A DNA stretch of 32,000 nt from positions 6,164,200 to 6,196,199 of the forward strand of contig CP001848.1 in assembly GCA_000025185.1 (NCBI GenBank), written 5' to 3'. The DNA is from Pirellula staleyi DSM 6068 (GTDB taxonomy: Bacteria > Planctomycetota > Planctomycetia > Pirellulales > Pirellulaceae). Below, piece after piece: positions 25,843 to 32,000 of the stretch; positions within the stretch are counted from its first letter, which is position 1; each line of letters begins with the position of its first letter. Below the pieces are notes generated by a model. The model was not told the DNA's origin. It ran no database searches and saw only the letters and a program-made list of their open reading frames with translations. The position numbers and the translations under genes were made by a program.

Positions 25843-27969
25843 ATGATGAAGGCTCAACTTGCGCGGCATCTGACGGTATCGCTCGTCACCTTACTAGCTC
25901 TCGCGGCAACGTCACTGGCGGACGACGCGGCGGCTGTCAGCAAAGACACTGCCAAGAAAGTGGGACCTGTGACCAAGACCTACAATTCCATCGACGATGT
26001 CCCTCTGGTTCCTCGGGCCAAGTTTTTTGGGAATCCCGAAAAGGCTCGCCCCCGTCTGAGTCCCGATGGGAAGCAGATTGCTTATGTCGCGCCGGTGGAA
26101 GGGGTGCTGAACGTTTGGGTCGGTCCGGCCGATGATCTCGCTAAAGCCAAGCCGGTGACGCTGGATAAGCATCGCGGAGTCACTTCGTTTTTCTGGGCCT
26201 ACACGAGCCAGCACTTGCTCTACACCCAGGATAAAAACGGCGATGAAGACGATCATCTTTACAGCATCACGCTGGCAACTGGCGACATCAAAGATCTGAC
26301 CCCCATCGAGAAGATCAGCGCCACCGTGGAAGGTGTGAGCGAGAAGTTTCCCGAAGAGATTCTCGTCGGGATCAACGACCGTGGCGAGCGCCACTATCAC
26401 GACATCTACAAGATCAACCTTGTTACGGGCGAGAAGAAGCTGCTGCTCGAAAACCCAGGTCTCGCCGGGTTCATGATCGACGACGACTACAAAGTTCGCT
26501 TTGCGCTTAACTACACGCCCGATGCGGGGCAGATGTACTACAAGCCCGACGCGACCGAGGGGTGGAAGGAGTGGATGAAGATCGACGCGCTCGATGCGAT
26601 GACCACTTCCCCCGCAGGCTTCGACAAAACGGGCGAGAAGCTCTACATGCTCGACAGCCGCGGTCGCAACACTGCGGCACTCAAAGTTGTCGATCTCAAG
26701 ACTGGCGAAGAAAAACTAGTCGCCGCTAGTGAAAAAGCAGATCTTTCGGGCGCTCTGACGCATCCCACCGAAAAAACAATTCAGGCGGTGAGCTTCACGT
26801 ATGCCCGCACCGAATGGCAGATCCTCGACGAATCGATTCGAGGCGATCTCGACTACCTGAAGACGGTGGCTGATGGGGAACTGCAGATCACCAGCCGCAC
26901 GCTCGACGACAGTCGCTGGACCGTCGCTTACTTGATGGACAACGGCCCGGTGCGGTTTTATCTCTACGATCGCAAACCCACCAAGAAGGCGACCTTCCTG
27001 TTCACGAGCAATCGCGCACTCGAAGAGTTGCCGCTGGTGAAAATGCATCCGCAAGTGATCAAGAGTCGCGATGGCCTCGAACTGGTGAGCTACCTGACTC
27101 TTCCCGCTTGGAGCGATCCTGATGGAGATGGCCGCCCCAATCAGCCGCTGCCACTGGTGCTGAATGTGCATGGTGGACCTTGGGCTCGCGATGAATGGGG
27201 CTACGATCCCGAGCATCAGCTGTTTGCCAATCGCGGCTATGCCGTGCTGGCGGTGAACTACCGAGGCTCGACCGGATTTGGCAAAACGTTCATCAACGCT
27301 GGTGATCGCGAGTGGGCTGGCAAGATGCACGACGATCTGATCGACGCCGTGAACTGGGCTGTCGAAAACAAGATCGCCGACAAGAGCAAGATTTGCATCT
27401 CGGGCGGAAGCTACGGCGGCTATGCGACACTCGTCGGTCTCACCATTACGCCCGATGTGTTTGTCTGTGGCGTCGATATCGTTGGTCCTTCGAGCCTTGT
27501 GACGCTGCTCGAGAATCCACCTCCTTACTGGATGCCTTTCATGCCGGTGATGAAGCGCCGCGTGGGGGATCATACGACTGACGAAGGGCGGGCATTTTTG
27601 CTATCGCGCTCGCCACTCACGATGGTGGAGAAGATCACCAAGCCACTGCTGATTGCTCAAGGTGCAAACGACCCGCGTGTGAAGCAGGCGGAAGCGGATC
27701 AGATTGTGAAGGCGATGAACGACAAGAAGATTCCGGTCACCTACGTGCTGTTCAAAGATGAAGGGCACGGCTTTGCTCGGCCACAAAATCGGTTTGCGTT
27801 TTACGCGATTACCGAAGCGTTCTTAGCCGAGCATTTGGATGGTCGCTACGAACCAATTGGAAACGCGTTTGATGGCGCGTCGTTCGTTGTGCCAAGTGGT
27901 AAAGAGGGAGCCAAGGGTTTGTTGCAAGCGCTCGAAGCTTTGCCGAAAGCTGAAGCGACCAAACCGTAG
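25843..27969 (+). CDS. Secreted S9-family serine peptidase (prolyl oligopeptidase/dipeptidyl aminopeptidase-like; beta-propeller + alpha/beta hydrolase)
   Basis: Signal-peptide-like N-terminus (LVTLLALAATSLADD). Catalytic Ser in ISGGSYGGY, Asp in AQGANDPRV, His in KDEGHGF. GGAGGA lies upstream of the ATG pair at 25843/25846. Confidence 0.92.
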   Translation: MMKAQLARHLTVSLVTLLALAATSLADDAAAVSKDTAKKVGPVTKTYNSIDDVPLVPRAKFFGNPEKARPRLSPDGKQIAYVAPVEGVLNVWVGPADDLAKAKPVTLDKHRGVTSFFWAYTSQHLLYTQDKNGDEDDHLYSITLATGDIKDLTPIEKISATVEGVSEKFPEEILVGINDRGERHYHDIYKINLVTGEKKLLLENPGLAGFMIDDDYKVRFALNYTPDAGQMYYKPDATEGWKEWMKIDALDAMTTSPAGFDKTGEKLYMLDSRGRNTAALKVVDLKTGEEKLVAASEKADLSGALTHPTEKTIQAVSFTYARTEWQILDESIRGDLDYLKTVADGELQITSRTLDDSRWTVAYLMDNGPVRFYLYDRKPTKKATFLFTSNRALEELPLVKMHPQVIKSRDGLELVSYLTLPAWSDPDGDGRPNQPLPLVLNVHGGPWARDEWGYDPEHQLFANRGYAVLAVNYRGSTGFGKTFINAGDREWAGKMHDDLIDAVNWAVENKIADKSKICISGGSYGGYATLVGLTITPDVFVCGVDIVGPSSLVTLLENPPPYWMPFMPVMKRRVGDHTTDEGRAFLLSRSPLTMVEKITKPLLIAQGANDPRVKQAEADQIVKAMNDKKIPVTYVLFKDEGHGFARPQNRFAFYAITEAFLAEHLDGRYEPIGNAFDGASFVVPSGKEGAKGLLQALEALPKAEATKP

Positions 27970-27993
27970 CGCTCGAGCTTGGAAAGTGATCGT

Positions 27994-28413
27994 ATGACAG
28001 GTGATATCGAGCACTTGGGGTCGCTCCTGTTCGTGGGGCTACTGGCCGAACGTCGGCAGCGACTCTTTGCTCGGGATCGACTGTTTCTTTTGGCGGGAGT
28101 TCTAGCTCATGGACTCTCGCTCCCCGAGATCGCGGCCTATTGCCGGTCGCGCATCTTGCTCCACAATCGGGGGCATCTCGTTGCGCAGTGGCCATCGATC
28201 GCGGATGCTTGTGGCGAGGAAAACTTTGTGTCGCTAGTGCGACAAGTCGAGCGGCGTTATGGTGCCGAACGGGTCGAGCGAATTGCGGCGAGCGACGATT
28301 TTGAACCGGCTCGCGAGCGTCTTTTCTACGCGACCGATGGTGAATTCGCGGCGGCGATTTTGGGACTCGCGTGGGAGGATCTTCGCCGCGAGTATCGGTC
28401 AGGAAACTTATGA
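27994..28413 (+). CDS. Hypothetical protein (139 aa)
   Basis: The ORF starts 25 nt after the peptidase stop. ATG 27994 is preceded by GGAAAG. It looks helical and soluble with no recognisable motif. Coding status rests on ORF length, position and codon style only. Confidence 0.5.
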   Translation: MTGDIEHLGSLLFVGLLAERRQRLFARDRLFLLAGVLAHGLSLPEIAAYCRSRILLHNRGHLVAQWPSIADACGEENFVSLVRQVERRYGAERVERIAASDDFEPARERLFYATDGEFAAAILGLAWEDLRREYRSGNL

Positions 28414-28488
28414 GGCGCGGGTTGCAAGTGATATGCGGATCGAGCCGCGCCCGATGAGTTTCCAATAGTAGCAAGCGTGAGAGCGTCG

Positions 28489-29376
28489 ATGAACCGATGT
28501 GGTTTATCCTCGCTTTCCGAGGTCTTGCACGCGATGTTTCAGCGCCCCCTGCTCTTCTTGGCTGTGCTCGCCGCAGCCGGTTTGATCCCCTACATTTTGC
28601 TCGATAAAGAGCTCTCCGCCACCGCGCGCTCGCAGTGGAATTCGCTCACCGGCAGCGCCGGTTCGAGCAGCCAGCAAGAGACACAAAACGCTGTCGATCA
28701 ATTCGCCGCCAGTTTGCTCGAAGGTGGTTCCGCCGCGATTCCGCCACAACTCGTGGTGCAGCAAAACGCGCCGATTCCACTCGAGCATGCACTGCGATTT
28801 GAAGTTTCGCTGCCGTGGGTCACGGCGGTGTTTCCACGGGTGACCACGGTGCTCGGCGATACGCAGCTGCAAGGCTTGCGTGTGCCGCTGGTCTCGGGGA
28901 CGCAGGAGCACGATATCGCGGGGTCGCTCACCTATTACTTCGATCGCGAACAAGTGCTGCGGCGCATCACGTTTCAAGGCTACACCGGCGACGAGCGCCG
29001 CGTGGTGATGTTCCTCTGCTCAACCTATGGCATGGTCGCTCAGCCAACACTCGATCGCGGGCTCTATCGAGCCGCTGGTCCCAACGGTGAAGTGAGCACT
29101 TTGCTGATTCGCCACGTTCCCGTGGTATCGCAAAACGCTCCGAAACAACGAATGGAACTGGTGATCGATTTGGTGCGCGGGCCACTTCCGAAGGGCTATA
29201 AGCTGCCAGAACTTCGCGCGCCAGGTGTCGCCGAAAACGAAGTGGTGACACCCACGGTCGCGCCACCTCCAGCAGCTCCGGTGGCAACTGCTCCTGCCAC
29301 TCAACCGGTCGCTGCCACGCCAGCGGCGACCAAACCAGCAGCTGCAAATTCACCGCGCCCCACATGGCGGTGGTAA
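28489..29376 (+). CDS. Hypothetical membrane-anchored/secreted protein with Pro/Ala-rich C-terminal tail
   Basis: Hydrophobic segment LLFLAVLAAAGLIPYILL near the N-terminus. The C-terminal tail reads PTVAPPPAAPVATAPATQPVAATPAATKPAAA. The start is ambiguous: GTG 28477, ATG 28489 or ATG 28534. Confidence 0.6.
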   Translation: MNRCGLSSLSEVLHAMFQRPLLFLAVLAAAGLIPYILLDKELSATARSQWNSLTGSAGSSSQQETQNAVDQFAASLLEGGSAAIPPQLVVQQNAPIPLEHALRFEVSLPWVTAVFPRVTTVLGDTQLQGLRVPLVSGTQEHDIAGSLTYYFDREQVLRRITFQGYTGDERRVVMFLCSTYGMVAQPTLDRGLYRAAGPNGEVSTLLIRHVPVVSQNAPKQRMELVIDLVRGPLPKGYKLPELRAPGVAENEVVTPTVAPPPAAPVATAPATQPVAATPAATKPAAANSPRPTWRW

Positions 29377-29415
29377 CACCATCGCCACGCCTCCACTTCC
29401 AACATCAACCGCCCA

Positions 29416-30630
29416 CTAAGGGAGTTGATTCTTCGGCTTGGCTGGTGGTTCGAGCAGCAGCGGATCGTCGCTCGTGGGCTTCTTCGTTTCGGTTGCAGGC
29501 GCGCCGGACATCTTGGCTTCCAGATCGGCCAGCTTGGCTTCGAGCAATCGCACGCGATCTTTCAGTTCGGCGATTTCAGCCTCCATGGCAGCGGCACCTT
29601 CCATCGCAGGAGGCCCCTCAAATCCAGGGTCACCACCAGGAACAAATCCAGGGTCACCACCAGGTGCAGCGCCGGGCTGCGTGAACTGCTGCAGCAGTTG
29701 TTCGACTCGCCGAATCACTGGCCGATCGCCAGCCAGTGGCGCGCCAGCGGCTGGTGAACCGGGCGCAGCAGCGGCTGGCCCCGCCGAAGCGAGTCGCACC
29801 GATTTGCGAGCCAGCGTGGCCCCTTGGTAATACGTCAGCTCCACCATATTTCCGGGTCGCGAAGCAGCGATGATCCCAACCAGCTCATCGGCCGTATCGA
29901 TTCGACGTCCATCGATCGCCACGATCACACCACCGACAGGCAAGCCCGCCGTATCGGCTGGACTACCAGGTCGCACTTGCGCGATGAAAGCGCCGCGGCG
30001 AATCGAAAGGTCATACCGCTCGCGAAGTTCTTCCGTGAGCGGAATCACCGATACACCAAGCGAAGCACGCGATGCTTCGGCGCTGAAAGGACGGAGCGAA
30101 GGGGTCTCTTCTCCCACTTCGATATCTGGTGTCGCAGGGCGCTCGCCGAGCGTCACCGCAACTGTTTGCACTTTACGATTGCGATCGATTTTGAAATCGA
30201 CCTTGGCTCCCACGGGAAGACCACTCAGCAGTTGATGCATCACATCGACCGTCGGCACCGGTTCGTCGCCGATCGCGGTGATCAGGTCTCCCACTTCCAA
30301 ACCCGCGCGAGCGGCAGGCGAACCAATCTTCACCACTACGACGCGCACCCCTTTGCCATCTTCCAGCGAGTCGTCGCCCGTTAAACCCAAATAGCCGCTC
30401 GGCATCGGCGCGGGAAGTTCGTCGGTCGCTCCATCCGCTGGCATCGGTTTGGCCGGTGTCGGCTCACCCGTGGTGGCGGGCGGCGCTGCGGGATCAGCCG
30501 GCGCAATGGCACCCTGCAAGCGCTTCTCGAGTCGTTCCAGCAAGGTTTGCCCGCGCGCCATTTCAGCACTCGCCAGCACGACGAGCATCGCCACCGACAG
30601 GAAACCTACTGTTTTGAGTCGCACGTTCAT
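29416..30630 (-). CDS. Periplasmic tandem-PDZ protein (DegP/DegQ-like PDZ pair without protease domain) with C-terminal coiled coil
   Basis: Signal peptide MNVRLKTVGFLSVAMLVVLASAEMARG. Two PDZ cores (VVKIGSPAARAGLEVGDLITAIG and AQVRPGSPADTAGLPVGGVIVAIDG). No His/Asp/Ser trypsin-like domain. C-terminal heptad-like AEIAELKDRVRLLEAKLADLEAKM. GGAG lies upstream of ATG 30630. Confidence 0.85.
   Translation of the reverse strand: MNVRLKTVGFLSVAMLVVLASAEMARGQTLLERLEKRLQGAIAPADPAAPPATTGEPTPAKPMPADGATDELPAPMPSGYLGLTGDDSLEDGKGVRVVVVKIGSPAARAGLEVGDLITAIGDEPVPTVDVMHQLLSGLPVGAKVDFKIDRNRKVQTVAVTLGERPATPDIEVGEETPSLRPFSAEASRASLGVSVIPLTEELRERYDLSIRRGAFIAQVRPGSPADTAGLPVGGVIVAIDGRRIDTADELVGIIAASRPGNMVELTYYQGATLARKSVRLASAGPAAAAPGSPAAGAPLAGDRPVIRRVEQLLQQFTQPGAAPGGDPGFVPGGDPGFEGPPAMEGAAAMEAEIAELKDRVRLLEAKLADLEAKMSGAPATETKKPTSDDPLLLEPPAKPKNQLP
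29619..29664. repeat. In-frame 24-bp tandem duplication inside the PDZ gene
   Basis: CAAATCCAGGGTCACCACCAGG occurs at 29619-29640 and again at 29643-29664. It encodes PGGDPGF twice. Confidence 0.8.
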
Positions 30631-30811
30631 CGCCTCGCTCCTTCTACTACCTTGCGGCTGTTCAATCGCTGACCATTCTACCCCTGTGTACACGATGCAA
30701 GCCAGTTTCCACCGATTTTATCGCTACTGCTCCTCTCACCGTTTGCCGCTAAACTTCAGCAGCGGCTGACTTTGCTACACGTAACAGGCCCTCCATTTTT
30801 TGCGAGAAACT

Positions 30812-31780
30812 ATGCCCGCAGGCGACACTTGGACAAGCTCCGATGAGAATGCCGACCTGCTACTGCTCCCGCCGCAGCGCTGGCACGAGGTGCTCCCCGA
30901 GTTGATTCACTGCTGGAGCGAAAACGAGCGTCAGCAGCAGCTCGATCGTTTAATCGCCGCCGCCGAAGCTGGTCAGTTCGATCATTTTCGGCTCTACGCA
31001 AAGGTCGAAGGGGAAAAGATTTGCGTAGCGATGTTGGTCGAGCTTCTCACGGGCAACGTCGCCAACTGCTGGCCTCCGGCGGTGATCCGCACGAATCTGA
31101 CCGACCTGGCGCAAGAAAAGCGCAACTTAGCGCAACTTGGCGCAACTATTCGCGCGCCCCTCGCGCGCGAGCACTATCCGCTCGTGCAATCGCTCATCGA
31201 CAGCAGCGCGACCGAGCATGCCGAGCGACTCGCGGCCACCGGTTTTGTGCATGCAGGCCGACTCGCCTTCTTCGGAGCTGCGACCGCGCGTCTGCTGACC
31301 CGATCCAACTTGACTGATGCGATGCTGACACTCGAGCCCGCTTCGTCCCTCGCGCGGGGAGACCTCGAAGCACTCATCGAGTCGACCTACGAGCAATCGC
31401 TCGACGCGCCACTCATCGAAGGGATCAGAGCGACACGTGATGTCCTCACCGGCTATGCCGCCGTCGGAACAACGGGCGAGTCGCTCTGGCACATTGCTCG
31501 CAACAGCGCAGGGCAAATCGTCGGCTGTCTGCTCTTGGCGCAGCACACCAGCGTGTCGCAACTCGAGCTGGTGTATGTCGGCATTGTCCCTCAGCATCGT
31601 GGTCAGCGCTACGGCCAAGCCCTCACGCAGCAGGCGCTCGCCATCGCGCGCGATCGGCAACTCGCCTCGGTCGTGCTCGCAGTCGATCTGGCGAACGATC
31701 CAGCGATTGCGATGTACGCCGCCTGTGGTTTTGTGCAGTTGGCGGCACGCGATCTGTGGATCTTGAAAACGAATCCGTAA
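30812..31780 (+). CDS. GNAT-family N-acetyltransferase with ~200-aa N-terminal extension
   Basis: C-terminal GNAT core: LELVYVGIVPQHRGQRYGQALTQQAL (acetyl-CoA loop R/Q-x-x-G-x-G/A type) and AMYAACGF. I chose ATG 30812; the ORF's TTG at 30800 is less likely. Confidence 0.8.
   Translation: MPAGDTWTSSDENADLLLLPPQRWHEVLPELIHCWSENERQQQLDRLIAAAEAGQFDHFRLYAKVEGEKICVAMLVELLTGNVANCWPPAVIRTNLTDLAQEKRNLAQLGATIRAPLAREHYPLVQSLIDSSATEHAERLAATGFVHAGRLAFFGAATARLLTRSNLTDAMLTLEPASSLARGDLEALIESTYEQSLDAPLIEGIRATRDVLTGYAAVGTTGESLWHIARNSAGQIVGCLLLAQHTSVSQLELVYVGIVPQHRGQRYGQALTQQALAIARDRQLASVVLAVDLANDPAIAMYAACGFVQLAARDLWILKTNP
31121..31150. repeat. Three tandem imperfect 10-bp units CGCAACTTAG / CGCAACTTGG / CGCAACTATT inside the GNAT gene
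   Basis: Read directly. The period is not a multiple of three, so the units are read in three frames (KRNLAQLGATI). Confidence 0.7.
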
Positions 31781-32000
31781 ATTTTCTGAAACAGAGCGCG
31801 GCCCGCGCCGCACACGACAGGCAATTCCCTAAAGCACGTTCTGATGGTAACTTATGAAGCATCCGAGGAGGTTTAGAGCGGATGCTCGGAAGCTAGCGGC
31901 GACACGTTTTCCACACAGTTTTTCGCTCCGCGCCGATCTTCACAATACACCCGAAGGACCGGTTTTTCCGCAGGAAACACCAGGGCGTGAAACGAGCGTG

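Noticed and set aside
1-32000. Mobile element, genomic island, defence island or CRISPR array.
   Set aside because: I found no transposase, integrase, recombinase, phage or Cas-like translation. There are no long terminal inverted repeats and no regularly spaced direct repeats. Composition is fairly uniform apart from short AT-rich promoter patches, and the flanking genes are housekeeping.

Overview
This 32 kb window looks like ordinary GC-rich bacterial chromosome. From the protein repertoire and gene style I guess Planctomycetota, Pirellulales-like, but that is inference only. I call 27 protein-coding genes. I found no rRNA, tRNA, CRISPR array, transposase, integrase or phage gene.

Most genes are recognisable from catalytic or signature motifs read directly in the translations:
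- Regulators: a sigma-54-dependent NtrC-type response regulator and a divergent NarL/LuxR-type response regulator, with no histidine kinase in the window; an ArsR plus SRPBCC/AHSA1 pair.
- Enzymes and transporters: a rhomboid protease, an NRDE/TANGO2-like protein, a Gfo/Idh/MocA oxidoreductase, FabH, oligoendopeptidase F, a YhaM-like OB+HD protein, a bile-acid:Na+ symporter-family transporter, chorismate synthase, a secreted S9 peptidase, a PDZ-only periplasmic protein and a GNAT acetyltransferase.
- An envelope and lipid group: a translationally coupled DUF1295 plus cyclopropane-fatty-acyl-phospholipid-synthase pair, next to a GT9 heptosyltransferase-like gene.
- Signalling: a GGDEF protein with a degenerate active site but an intact RxxD I-site.
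- Translation: the rpmE-prfA-prmC block.

I cannot demonstrate a coherent multi-gene novel system here. The best candidates for undescribed biology are:
- The divergent pair at 10.9-12.8 kb: a PD-(D/E)xK-like nuclease with a wHTH-like tail, opposite an unknown Met-Cys-initiated, C-terminally membrane-anchored protein.
- The degenerate GGDEF receptor candidate.
- Three unassigned genes at 24.3-25.7 kb and 28.0-29.4 kb.
- Several recurrent intergenic palindromes: TTGCG-Nx-CGCAA sites, a TCAATTTTC-containing palindrome shared by two promoters, and REP-like hairpins at the left edge.

All functional calls rest on motif recognition by eye. No database search was run.
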